Source: a virus
Taxonomy: Duplodnaviria; Caudoviricetes
Virus record (IMG/VR): IMGVR_UViG_3300050505_000036
Span: 1 to 52,231 of that record
Direction: 5' to 3' (one strand)
Length of the DNA: 52,231 nt
Under the pieces are notes generated by a model. That model was given only the letters and a program-made list of their open reading frames with translations. It was not told where the DNA came from and made no database searches. A program made the translations under genes and the position numbers. Below, piece after piece: positions 37,416 to 46,540 of the stretch. Within the stretch, counting starts at the first letter, position 1; each line of letters starts with the position of its first letter.

Positions 37416-38827
37416 ACGATATGCACCTCGAATGGATTCGTCCTGGCGGCCTTCACAAATGCGAATGAAACAGCGTCGACCTGATCATCGTTGACCCCGT
37501 TCGGGAATCCCGTTAGCTCGTCAATGAAGGCTCGATTCCATGGTCCCCGCACGAGCTTGACTTTGCGACCAGCGCGAGCAATGGCCCAACATCGCGACGC
37601 AAACGGATCGGCCCGCGTGACCTTATCGCCCTTGCATGTTTCATGGCGGACAGGATAACCGGCCAACTGGCTTGCGATAATTCGAGCCTGATGCTTTCCA
37701 GCCTGGGCAGGATCCTGCGGAAACCAAATCTTCACGCGCCCGCCCCACTGCCGATCATCTTCCATGGCGGTCAAGCCCATGTTGTCGTCACGCCGGCCGC
37801 TCTCCCATTGGCCACGAACAACGTCGGGTATCCAAATGTCTTCACCCTTCGTCCCCAGTAAAACGCCAGCCGTGTAATCGCCATCGTTCTCGGTGCCTCC
37901 CAAGTCCCACGCCCGAACCAACGACGTCAGGTCGCTCGGTGCCCGGTCGACAATTTCAAACCAGTCCCGCTTGAACATCCCGCCTTCACGGGCGGACGGT
38001 CGCTGCTGATAGAGGGCTTGCCACCAATGCGGCAGCATGTTGTCGCGGATGTTTTCTAGGGCCGCTTTCGACCATCGTTCAGGCCAGAGCGGTTCGCCTT
38101 CCAGTCGGCCAAGTGCATCGGCTCCATCGGTCCCAGCTTCCGCCAGTGCCGGCAAGTTAAGAATCCGCCATGGTTCTTTGCTCTCGCGCAAGATTCGCCC
38201 CGACAAATCATCTTCGTGCCAGCGAGTCTGAATAATGATGGCGGCTGCATCCGGTTCCAACCGCGTGTAGGCCGTTGATTGCCACCAGTCCCAAGCATTG
38301 TTGCGGTATGTTTCACTGGCGGCCTGAGCGGAGTTTTTAATTGGGTCATCAACAATCAGCAGGTCAGCACCCTTGCCGGTGATCGGGCCCCCGACGCCGG
38401 CCGTGCGCATGCCGCCTTCGTGGCCGAGAATATCCCAGCGGTCAGCAGCTCGCGACGACGAATCGACCTGAATCCCAAACATGCCGCCAGTCTCTTCCAA
38501 CAACCCACGCGACTTTCGTCCCCACTCCGCAGCAAAATCCGCTTCATGGCTGGTCAAGATGATTCTCCGATCGGGGAACGATCCCAGAAACCACGATGGC
38601 AAATACTTCGAGCAATACTCGCTCTTGCCGTGCCGCGGCGGCTCCCAGACCATCAGCCGTCTAATGCCGTCCGTTCCCCGCAGCGTGTCCATTACCGCCC
38701 GATCCGTTAGTGCCAGATGGCGGGCAAGTTTCCAACGCCCCTGGCTGGCCATTCGTGCGTAAAGGGCTGGACTGGCTGTCTGCCGCAATAGCTCGGCTTC
38801 GCTGATATTCGATGTAGTCGGGGTCAT
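37412..38827 (-). CDS. terL: Terminase large subunit (start uncertain)
   Basis: PPRHGKS, LLIVDDPIK, QTRWHEDDL, WDLG, DDQVDA. Confidence 0.95.
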   Translation of the reverse strand: MTPTTSNISEAELLRQTASPALYARMASQGRWKLARHLALTDRAVMDTLRGTDGIRRLMVWEPPRHGKSEYCSKYLPSWFLGSFPDRRIILTSHEADFAAEWGRKSRGLLEETGGMFGIQVDSSSRAADRWDILGHEGGMRTAGVGGPITGKGADLLIVDDPIKNSAQAASETYRNNAWDWWQSTAYTRLEPDAAAIIIQTRWHEDDLSGRILRESKEPWRILNLPALAEAGTDGADALGRLEGEPLWPERWSKAALENIRDNMLPHWWQALYQQRPSAREGGMFKRDWFEIVDRAPSDLTSLVRAWDLGGTENDGDYTAGVLLGTKGEDIWIPDVVRGQWESGRRDDNMGLTAMEDDRQWGGRVKIWFPQDPAQAGKHQARIIASQLAGYPVRHETCKGDKVTRADPFASRCWAIARAGRKVKLVRGPWNRAFIDELTGFPNGVNDDQVDAVSFAFVKAARTNPFEVHIV

Positions 38828-39278
38828 TAAATATTTGTCGCCGCATTTCGACGATTGAAACGCCAACAGTGCCGCTGTGCAGATGATGAACAGATTCATT
38901 TTGAGGCTTCTTCAGGCCGAAGATTTCGGCAATTTGGTTTTGAGCTTCTATTAGAACGTCGGCCACTTTTTTCCAATCGGCTACGTCCATGTTCGGTTGC
39001 AACTTCTTCGCGCCGTCGGCAATCAAATACTCGCAGAGCCCGACAATTTCGCCCTTCATTTCGTCAATGCTCTTGCCAGTCTTTTCGCGTAGCTCTTTCT
39101 CTGCTCGGGCGATGTAGTTTTCAACACAACGAGCCCGGATGCCGTGGGCCTTGAACATGGCGGCCTTAATATCGGCATGGCAGACCCGCAAGATCTTGAG
39201 CTTGAGGACCGCCAGGAATCGTTCCTCAGTCTGAGAACCGCTTGACGTTCGGCCGGGCTTTCCCTTCTTCTTGCTCAC
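38661..39278 (-). CDS. Putative terminase small subunit
   Basis: Position; N-terminal HTH-like region, helical; GTGA coupling. Confidence 0.6.
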   Translation of the reverse strand: MSKKKGKPGRTSSGSQTEERFLAVLKLKILRVCHADIKAAMFKAHGIRARCVENYIARAEKELREKTGKSIDEMKGEIVGLCEYLIADGAKKLQPNMDVADWKKVADVLIEAQNQIAEIFGLKKPQNESVHHLHSGTVGVSIVEMRRQIFNDPDYIEYQRSRAIAADSQSSPLRTNGQPGALETCPPSGTNGSGGNGHAAGNGRH

Positions 39279-39703
39279 AGCAGCTTCACCTCGCGGGCAA
39301 AGTGAATGTACTGGGCGATGGAGTAGCCACCGGCCGCCAGAGTGAATAGGAACTCCACGAGGTATTTGCCCTGCGTTGGGAAGTAGGTGCCACCGATCGA
39401 TGCCTTGAAGTTGTAGCCGGCCGACGATCCGCCATCGGCTTCCCATGCCGCGTCGCCTGTTTGCAGGGCGTTGAACACGGTGTCCGCCACGACGCATGAT
39501 CCGGTCGTGAGAACTTGAGCCCCGGCAGTGACCGTTCCATCGGCCTTCAGAACGGCATCGGCAAAGACCCCGAACGCAATGGACGAGATAGAGGCTTGGT
39601 TGATGGCCGTGCCCGTCGCACCTTCGATCATCGCGAAGAACGTGGCGCCGGCATTCTCGAAGCCATCTGAGCGGTACGGGGTATTGTCGATTCGCTGTGT
39701 CAT
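39275..39703 (-). CDS. Ig-like putative structural protein
   Basis: Beta-rich; GKYLVEFLFT. Confidence 0.6.
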   Translation of the reverse strand: MTQRIDNTPYRSDGFENAGATFFAMIEGATGTAINQASISSIAFGVFADAVLKADGTVTAGAQVLTTGSCVVADTVFNALQTGDAAWEADGGSSAGYNFKASIGGTYFPTQGKYLVEFLFTLAAGGYSIAQYIHFAREVKLL

Positions 39704-40407
39704 GCGTATACCCTTTTTTCAACAGCACCGCCAACGTGGGCGCGACGCTCGACAATCCACCAGGGCGGGCGAACGGTGGAGATGATTAAGGCATCGTTGC
39801 CAGTCAGCACGAACGATCCAGCGCCAGCAAGCAGCTTCAACGCCCGGACCATCGACGCATTGCGGCCGTTCAGCAGAAACGATCCCGCGCCTGCCGCTAG
39901 CTGCTTCGACTGAAGCATCAGGGCATCGTTGCCGGTCAACGCGAATTCGCCTGTCTCAGCCAGCATCAGGTAGGTGCGAATGAGCGTGGCGTCTTCGCCA
40001 GTCAGCAGGAATGAACCGGCGTCGGCAAAAAGGAACCGCTCATCTACCCGCAAAATGGCATCGTTGCCCGTTAAAACGAAAGACCCAGCATCAGCAGAAA
40101 GCGGGTCCGGGTTTGGCCTGCCCTGATTGATATTCGTGACCGATGGGCTACCGTCGGTCGTATTGTTGATTATTGATAGATCGTTCTGGTCAATGTGCTG
40201 CTGATATTCGATCAGGTATGAACCAGTAGCGCCCGTAACGGAAATTGTTGATCCGTTCGGGTTCATTGCGCCACCCAAGCCACCTTGAATGAAAGCCGCC
40301 GAGTCATTCGTGACAACGTCGATAGTAAAACCACCGCCAGTATTGTGAACGTCAAACGTTCCGGTCGTGGCACCGCCAAACTCAAGTTGCCAGCGTTCGT
40401 AGGCCAT
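39700..40407 (-). CDS. Repeat-containing putative fibre protein
   Basis: Five ~22-aa repeats L.A.AGSF.LTG.DA. Confidence 0.7.
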   Translation of the reverse strand: MAYERWQLEFGGATTGTFDVHNTGGGFTIDVVTNDSAAFIQGGLGGAMNPNGSTISVTGATGSYLIEYQQHIDQNDLSIINNTTDGSPSVTNINQGRPNPDPLSADAGSFVLTGNDAILRVDERFLFADAGSFLLTGEDATLIRTYLMLAETGEFALTGNDALMLQSKQLAAGAGSFLLNGRNASMVRALKLLAGAGSFVLTGNDALIISTVRPPWWIVERRAHVGGAVEKRVYA

Positions 40408-40445
40408 TAGTTGCACCCGGCCTTTCCGTGAGCAACAATGAAGGT

Positions 40446-40862
40446 ATGACGCCAGAACAGGCCATCGACGCGGCAATTGATCTTGCCGGACGACATTACG
40501 CGAGAGGTCGGTATGAGACCGCTTTGCGGCTGTTCTCCGAAGTCGTTTGCATGCGTCCCACAAGCCCGTCGGCCTTCAACAATCGCGGGGTGACGCTCGT
40601 TTCGCTCGGTCGATTCGAGGAAGCCGTTGCAGACTTTCGACGGGCCATCGAACTGAAGCCTGACTACATCCACGCATGGAGCGGACTGGGCGCGGCACTG
40701 CTGCACCTCGGTCAAGCCGAAGCGGCATTGGCTGCTTGTGATCGTGCCGTGATTCTGTATCATGTTCCTGCTCTCGTCGACTTTCCAGGCGTCTGCTGCG
40801 AGTCGCCTAAACATGCGTCTCCGACAGAATTGGATTGGTCGCATCCCAGTTACCCGCATTGA
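40446..40862 (+). CDS. TPR-repeat protein, antisense moron, leaderless
   Basis: AFNNRGVTL..LGRFEEAVADFRRAIELKPDY; TTGCAC-17-AACAAT ends 6 nt before ATG. Confidence 0.8.
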   Translation: MTPEQAIDAAIDLAGRHYARGRYETALRLFSEVVCMRPTSPSAFNNRGVTLVSLGRFEEAVADFRRAIELKPDYIHAWSGLGAALLHLGQAEAALAACDRAVILYHVPALVDFPGVCCESPKHASPTELDWSHPSYPH

Positions 40863-41259
40863 GTGCGTTCCCAACGGTGAACGATTCGCCGTCCTGAAGC
40901 GTGATTGACGAGGCATAGTCCCAATATCCAATGAGCGGATCTGCCGGACTCGACGGCGTATCGTTGTAGAGCCACGCATACCGAAACGGCCCGATCGTCC
41001 CGCCGCTAGCCGTGAACGTGACTTTGTTGCCGGTGAGTTTTGCCACTCCTGCCGTCTGCGAATAGTCGTTGCTCGCTACGGCAGTTCCGCCAGCCGTGTA
41101 GCCGCTGCCCGCCGAAATCTCCGTCAGGTCTGCCTTGACGGCAAACGATCCTGGCACGGCGTTCGTGAGCATGATCTTAAGCGTATCGGCGTCCAGATTA
41201 TGGACACCACGGCCCTTGTCCTGAACGAATGCGTCGACGTAGTTGAATGCTTGACTCAT
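40807..41259 (-). CDS. Conserved phage structural (fibre-associated) protein
   Basis: DTLKIMLTN..EIS.G.GYTAGG..FRYAWLYNDT..LIGYWDY. Confidence 0.75.
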   Translation of the reverse strand: MSQAFNYVDAFVQDKGRGVHNLDADTLKIMLTNAVPGSFAVKADLTEISAGSGYTAGGTAVASNDYSQTAGVAKLTGNKVTFTASGGTIGPFRYAWLYNDTPSSPADPLIGYWDYASSITLQDGESFTVGNALNAGNWDATNPILSETHV

Positions 41260-41274
41260 TTATTCCCCTCGAAA

Positions 41275-41427
41275 CTAAACCACCCTCTTCTCGACCGCCC
41301 CTGCCACATAGACACGACGCTCGGCGACGTGGAAGACCGTAACGACTTGCGAAGCTCCCACGCCGGTAAACGTGCCACTCTTAAACGTCTTGCTCGCGAA
41401 CGTCTTGGCTTTGAATGTTTGCTTCAT
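41275..41427 (-). CDS. 50-aa protein with TF pentapeptide repeats
   Basis: Manual translation MKQTFKAKTFASKTFKSGTF...ERRVYVAGAVEKRVV; ATGA coupling. Confidence 0.7.
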   Translation of the reverse strand: MKQTFKAKTFASKTFKSGTFTGVGASQVVTVFHVAERRVYVAGAVEKRVV

Positions 41428-43394
41428 GCGTAGACCACGCTCGTTCTATTGCCGTCCGTGTCGACCGTGACCGTAACCCGCGTTGTGCCGTTATCGCCCA
41501 CGTCCTTGAAGACCTCAGTGCCCGTCCCCGCCCCGCTGATCTCACCAGCCACAACCGCACCGATGCGTTGCATGGCCTGCTTCGGAGTAACGCCAATCTC
41601 AATGCCGTCAGCGAGCGCCCAAACTTGGGTTGCCGTGAGCGTGCTGAACCCCGTCGCCGTGGCCCATGATCCTGCCCCGTGCGCCGAGTTGAGAGCCGTC
41701 TGCAAGGCGTCGAGCGTTTGCGTCGTGCCGGCAATCCCACCGACGTTACCGGTAACGCTGGCCGCCACCTGTGCAGTTGAAATCGTGGTCTGCGTCAAAG
41801 CGTTCACGGTGGTCTTGCCGCCGATGTTCGCCCAATCCAAGCCGCCCTCGCCGGCAGAATTCACGTCGAAAGTATTGTTATCCACCGTGCTCTTGAGCGA
41901 CTTGTCCGCCAAGATGGTTACAATGTCGCCCGCCACAATCGTAAACGTCGGGGCTTCTTTTAAGATGACGGTCTTCGTGCTGCCGGTGTAGTCCAGCACC
42001 ACGACCACCGATTTTTGCGCCTGCGTAGATTGGTCCGTCAGCACCAAGACGCAGTTGTTATAGGCATCGTTGTCAGCCGCCCCCGCGTTCAACGTGAAGC
42101 TGGTCTGGCTGTTCACCACGTCGATCGTGGCACCTTGCAAAATCTCGCCGTAGCCGCTGCCGTCGAAGAAATCGGTCATCGTGTTGGCGTTGGCAATCAC
42201 GCCTTGCAGCGATTCAATCGAAACCTGAACCATCGCCTTGGCGCCGTCCTCCTGGAGTACCGAAGGTGCGGTTCCACGCCATGCCACCACGTCGCATTTC
42301 ATGTTGCCGGAACTCAGCGACGTTGGCAGCAGATTCGTAATTGCCGTCAGCCCCGCCCCCGCCACGCCGATATCATCGACGTAACCCTTGATGGCCGCCA
42401 GTCCAATCGTGCCGTCGTTGACCTTTGCGTAGCTGTCACCCGTCTGCACCGTGTTGCCGGTGTAGGTCGTAAGCGTGTCGGTCAGCGTGACCCGCGCGAG
42501 TGTGGCCGCTTTCTGCGTCGTGGTGAAGTCGAGCCCGGAGTTAAACGCGAACGACGACGAGTTGAGGGCATACGCCCCTCCCGTCACCTGCGTCTGCGTG
42601 AGGCTCGACAGCGTGGCATTCGTGGGGAAAGTGATCGTGCCGCCGTTGACGACCGGATTTGTCTTGATCGTGTCCACGTCCACCTTTTGCGTCACGGCAA
42701 TCGTGGTGCCCGTGAGAGCCAGCGTCGTGGTTGGACTGCCGACATTGGCCCAATCCAAGCCGGCCTCACCGCCAGTCGATACGTCCAGCGTTCGCCCAGC
42801 CGTGGTCGGATTGAGCGTCCGTAGCATCCCCAGCGTTACGCCCTCAGGCAGCAGCACGTCGTAGGTCGTTGTGGCATCGGGCGTCGTTTCCCAGTTCGGC
42901 GAGACGGTAAACGCCCCGGTCGAAGTGGTATAGGTGATAATCTTGCGGGCCTGATTGTTCGCCCCGCCAGTTCCGCCGCCGCCTGTGCCGCCAGTCGTGC
43001 GGATAAAGCAACCCGTCACGTCGTAGGACAAGAGTGTGCCGAGTGTGCCGCCGCCTGCGCTGCCTGCGCTAAGCGTACCGGAACCAACGATGGCCAGGAT
43101 TCTCGGCACCACGATAACCGGCGTGGTCAAATCGTTCGCCGACTTCGCAGCGATCCAGATAAAGTTGTTGTTGGTCTCGGCACCGCTGAGCGTGAGGTAG
43201 CCCATGCCGTTTGTGCCGCCAGTGGTGATCTCCTCCGCCGTGTCGGCGAACGTGGCCCCGCCATCGCTGCTGAATTCCGTGTCGGGTGTCGTGGGGTCCG
43301 TGGGCGTGCCGGCCGAAGTGCGAAACGAAATCGGCAAAGTAAACCGTGTATTCGCAATGCAATACGGAAGGCAATGAGAAAGGCTGTTTGCTAT
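41424..43394 (-). CDS. Long Thr/Gly-rich putative fibre protein; probable ATA start
   Basis: Repeated GEAGLDWAN module; frame open to ATA 43394 with GGAGG 6 nt upstream. Confidence 0.75.
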   Translation of the reverse strand: MANSLSHCLPYCIANTRFTLPISFRTSAGTPTDPTTPDTEFSSDGGATFADTAEEITTGGTNGMGYLTLSGAETNNNFIWIAAKSANDLTTPVIVVPRILAIVGSGTLSAGSAGGGTLGTLLSYDVTGCFIRTTGGTGGGGTGGANNQARKIITYTTSTGAFTVSPNWETTPDATTTYDVLLPEGVTLGMLRTLNPTTAGRTLDVSTGGEAGLDWANVGSPTTTLALTGTTIAVTQKVDVDTIKTNPVVNGGTITFPTNATLSSLTQTQVTGGAYALNSSSFAFNSGLDFTTTQKAATLARVTLTDTLTTYTGNTVQTGDSYAKVNDGTIGLAAIKGYVDDIGVAGAGLTAITNLLPTSLSSGNMKCDVVAWRGTAPSVLQEDGAKAMVQVSIESLQGVIANANTMTDFFDGSGYGEILQGATIDVVNSQTSFTLNAGAADNDAYNNCVLVLTDQSTQAQKSVVVVLDYTGSTKTVILKEAPTFTIVAGDIVTILADKSLKSTVDNNTFDVNSAGEGGLDWANIGGKTTVNALTQTTISTAQVAASVTGNVGGIAGTTQTLDALQTALNSAHGAGSWATATGFSTLTATQVWALADGIEIGVTPKQAMQRIGAVVAGEISGAGTGTEVFKDVGDNGTTRVTVTVDTDGNRTSVVYA

Positions 43395-43423
43395 TTTACA
43401 CCTCCGCTGATATCATCAAAGGT

Positions 43424-43879
43424 ATGAAACACAAAATGCCTGTTGCCGAACGATTCTGGTCGAAAGTCAATAAAAGAGGTCCTGTGCCGTCGCATCGTCC
43501 AGAACTCGGGCGTTGTTGGATCTGGACCGATTACAAGACACCGACTGGATATGCCGTATTTAGACATACCAGCGAACTGAATGGTCCGAGGATGCTTGTC
43601 CACCGCTTTGCATACATTGAATTTAACGGCAGTATTCCAGAAGGACTTCACATAGATCATCTGTGCCGAAATCGTTGCTGCGTAAATCCGAAACATCTCG
43701 AAGCAGTAACGCAACAAGAGAACAATCGTCGCATAGACCGCCCGACGCATTGTCCTTCTGGCCATCCGTACAATATGAGAAACACGCAGACAACCTCTAA
43801 GGGCTACCGCAAATGCCGCGTGTGCCGTCGTCCCGCCGCGCCAAACTCCCAAAGAAACCGCCTCGGTTTCCCCATGTGA
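43424..43879 (+). CDS. HNH endonuclease, antisense, leaderless
   Basis: RFWSKV, CWIW, HRFAY, IDHLCRNRCCVNPKHLEAVT, THCPSGH; TTGCTA-17-TATCAT. Confidence 0.9.
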   Translation: MKHKMPVAERFWSKVNKRGPVPSHRPELGRCWIWTDYKTPTGYAVFRHTSELNGPRMLVHRFAYIEFNGSIPEGLHIDHLCRNRCCVNPKHLEAVTQQENNRRIDRPTHCPSGHPYNMRNTQTTSKGYRKCRVCRRPAAPNSQRNRLGFPM

Positions 43880-44025
43880 CCTTTCGAGGAAAGACTCAAT
43901 CTGTCCCCAAGTGGGCTACTGAGCTTGGCTTTGACTATCAGACTCTTGCCAAGAGGCTGAAAAATGGGTGGAGCGTAAAGGAAGCGTTTACAACCCCTCT
44001 CATGCACAAGTTCCAACGGCGTTGA
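43813..44025 (+). pseudogene. Out-of-frame C-terminal DNA-binding domain of the HNH gene
   Basis: VTFRGKTQS..WATELG..RLKNGWSVKEAFTTP resembles C-termini of the HNHs at 20540 and 25395. Confidence 0.6.
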
Positions 44026-44026
44026 A

Positions 44027-45127
44027 TCAGCCAATGAGCACCCCCTGCTGACCGAAGTTCCAAGTTGGGGCCACTACGCCGCCGCCACTCCCGCTGATCG
44101 AATCCAACAGCAGCCCCATCGCCATCTGCTGCGTGTTCGTATCAGTCCAAGAAATCGTTCCCGCCGTCACGTCCGCCGTGTTGGTGGCGTTCAAGTTGGT
44201 TGGCACATTCGCCGCTGCCCTGGCAACTCCCGCAACAATCGTGTAGCAGTTGGAGCTATTCGCAGACGATGCGGAGTCCAGAACAATTCGATACGTGCCG
44301 GCCGCCAGCGAGACGGGCGCACCGAACCGCGCCTTCCAGCGTCGGCCAGAACCGCCCAACACTGAATCCTTATCAATCGTAATCGTTGTCCCACTGACCG
44401 CCGTGTCGGCCGAATTGAAAATTCTCACCCGCAGATCACCCGCAGGCGTGCCAGTGCGGAGCACGTAGGGCATGTCGATGCCATCGACAAGGAACGTGAG
44501 ATTGACAGGCACCACGAATTTAACGCCGGCGGCCGCGGTCCCGAAAATGTTGTAGTTGGAGATGGTTGCGAACTGGCAAAAGTCCAACGTCTCTTCCACG
44601 CTGTCCTCGAAAATGGCCGTGCAAATCGGCACGCCACTCGTGGTGTCTGTTAGGTTGCTGCGAGTCGTGCCGTCCGCCGCAGTCTGTACCATCGTCGGAT
44701 AGGCCCCGGCAGCAACCGACGCTCGCAACGTTTGAGTTGTTCCGCCCGTCGTAGTAATCAGCAGAATCGCATACTCGGTCCCGGCCGTGAGCCCCGTCGT
44801 TGGCGCACTTGCAAAGGTCAGTAGTTGCCAGCCTGCGACGGGCGTAAAGGCTAGCGTCGCGTTTGCATCGTAGAGTGATCCAGTCGGCTTGCCCGTCGTG
44901 GCGTCAATCGTCTCAATGCGTAGGGTCACGGTCCCAGCCGATGCGACCGATGACCAATTGACATAGACGCTGAGAATGTCTCGCGTATCGCCAGCCATGA
45001 ATCGAGCAGCCCAGCATGTGTTGAGGCTGGCCATCGCAAACGTGGTCGCACCGCCATTGAGCGCAATCGCCGTTACGACGTTATCAGCGCCGATGATCGA
45101 GCGATAGAGTGATCCGGGAACTGCCAT
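44027..45127 (-). CDS. Putative structural/receptor-binding protein with two beta-sandwich domains
   Basis: LTAGTEYAILL / LAAGTYRIVL duplicated motif. Confidence 0.65.
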   Translation of the reverse strand: MAVPGSLYRSIIGADNVVTAIALNGGATTFAMASLNTCWAARFMAGDTRDILSVYVNWSSVASAGTVTLRIETIDATTGKPTGSLYDANATLAFTPVAGWQLLTFASAPTTGLTAGTEYAILLITTTGGTTQTLRASVAAGAYPTMVQTAADGTTRSNLTDTTSGVPICTAIFEDSVEETLDFCQFATISNYNIFGTAAAGVKFVVPVNLTFLVDGIDMPYVLRTGTPAGDLRVRIFNSADTAVSGTTITIDKDSVLGGSGRRWKARFGAPVSLAAGTYRIVLDSASSANSSNCYTIVAGVARAAANVPTNLNATNTADVTAGTISWTDTNTQQMAMGLLLDSISGSGGGVVAPTWNFGQQGVLIG

Positions 45128-46173
45128 CAGGTTCGATCCACTACGTCGATATGGATTACGTCGTCTTCACCGCCAACAGGTTCGCCGTTGAGCGTGACGG
45201 TTGCTGTTTTGGTCGGCTGCTCCACCCCGTCAAACTTAACGACCGTCACGAGCGGAGCAGGCGGGGGCGGAGGCGTTGCGCCGCTGAATGCGTAGTAGGC
45301 TCGCTCGCCCATTGCCAGGTATCCTGCGCCGGTGTGGTGATACCAGTAAGCCGAGTCCCCGCTTTGCAGGACCGGCAGATTGTCCGTGTCAAACCACACG
45401 TTGCCCGCGTCATTTGCCACAAGCACTTGCTGGGCTCGCCGGTTGTTGGTCGCTGCGATGCGGTTCTCCGGTGTGTCGATCCCGTTATTGACCGTCCCGA
45501 TAATGTTGGGCAGCAGCATGTGGTTGCCGATGCGGCCGATGGCGACGGGCAGCGAAGCGGAAGTCTGGGCACGGATTGCCGCCAGCAATGTGCGGAGCTG
45601 GTCCTTGTACTCCTGCCCGGCCGTCGGATTGAGGTAGGGCCAAACGCTCGCCGCTCCCGATTCGCCGTGCATCCAGACGAGCCCGGCCCATGTCGGCGTA
45701 ATACTCGCCGCTGCGAATCGTGCCTTGGCCTGGTCGAGATGAGCCTTGAGAATCACCCACATATTGGCCGTCGTTGGCAGCCATTCGACGATGGACGAGC
45801 CACCGAGAACGACCTTGAGAACCGCGATTTGCTCGGTCGGATTGGCGGCGCGGTACTTCGCGAGGAACGAAAGCTCCGGGCCATACGAGCCGATCTCGCC
45901 GATGGCGCCGGTCGAATACTTGGGGCTCTGGCCGTCGTAGGTTCCCCACGAATCGTAGACGCCAGCCGTCAGTCCGGTGCTGTTCTCGTTGTACAGGCTC
46001 GGGGCATTGGCTGCGGTCGGGTGCTGATACTGAAAGCCGCTGTCGCTCGATACGGTCGGTGCCCCGGTCCAGCCGTTCGCCGTGGTCTGTGCCCATGACG
46101 GGACAGGGTTGAGTTGGAGACGGTTTCCGTATCCTTGCGAATTCGACTGACCCATGAACAGTAGGACTTTCAT
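45127..46173 (-). CDS. SGNH sialate O-acetylesterase (SASA)-domain protein
   Basis: GQSN, GPELSF, WMHGES, HH..GY..MGER. Confidence 0.85.
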   Translation of the reverse strand: MKVLLFMGQSNSQGYGNRLQLNPVPSWAQTTANGWTGAPTVSSDSGFQYQHPTAANAPSLYNENSTGLTAGVYDSWGTYDGQSPKYSTGAIGEIGSYGPELSFLAKYRAANPTEQIAVLKVVLGGSSIVEWLPTTANMWVILKAHLDQAKARFAAASITPTWAGLVWMHGESGAASVWPYLNPTAGQEYKDQLRTLLAAIRAQTSASLPVAIGRIGNHMLLPNIIGTVNNGIDTPENRIAATNNRRAQQVLVANDAGNVWFDTDNLPVLQSGDSAYWYHHTGAGYLAMGERAYYAFSGATPPPPPAPLVTVVKFDGVEQPTKTATVTLNGEPVGGEDDVIHIDVVDRT

Positions 46174-46364
46174 ATCGCCTCAAATCCTGGTGCACCGCGT
46201 TGCCGTGAGTGCCGGTACTCCTTCACTCGTACTCGCCTCGGTCGCTCCGGTAACTCTCGCTTGGCCCGCTCGATTTCCGCCAGACGGTAAACTTCCGCTT
46301 CGCTGGGGTTCATTTCCTCGCTGTTGGCTCGGTTGTAGGCGTTGCGGTGGCCGTCATGCGTCAT
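46170..46364 (-). CDS. Small hypothetical protein
   Basis: ATGA coupling at both ends. Confidence 0.5.
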   Translation of the reverse strand: MTHDGHRNAYNRANSEEMNPSEAEVYRLAEIERAKRELPERPRRVRVKEYRHSRQRGAPGFEAI

Positions 46365-46540
46365 AGCCAATCCTTCCCGCAGTCCAGACAAAACTCGTGC
46401 TCACCTTTCAGCGAATAATCGCCAGTGCTGTCTCGGTGTTCGTGCGGGCATTCGTTGCGAAGGGCTTCTAGCTCTTTCTTGAGTGCTGAAATCCTCTCTT
46501 GCAGGTCGCGTTGCTTGGCCTGGATTTCTTCGGTGGTCAC
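46361..46540 (-). CDS. Coiled-coil + Zn-finger small protein
   Basis: Manual translation MTTEEIQAKQRDLQERI...CPH...CLDCG. Confidence 0.65.
   Translation of the reverse strand: MTTEEIQAKQRDLQERISALKKELEALRNECPHEHRDSTGDYSLKGEHEFCLDCGKDWL

Noticed and set aside
39279-39755. N-terminal half of the 364-aa track ORF 38661..39755
   Set aside because: Overlaps gene 39275..39703 in another frame; GTGA coupling supports a start at 39278
43847-43856. Programmed -1 frameshift at CCCAAAG joining the HNH halves
   Set aside because: Heptamer is not in X XXY YYZ phase with the HNH frame
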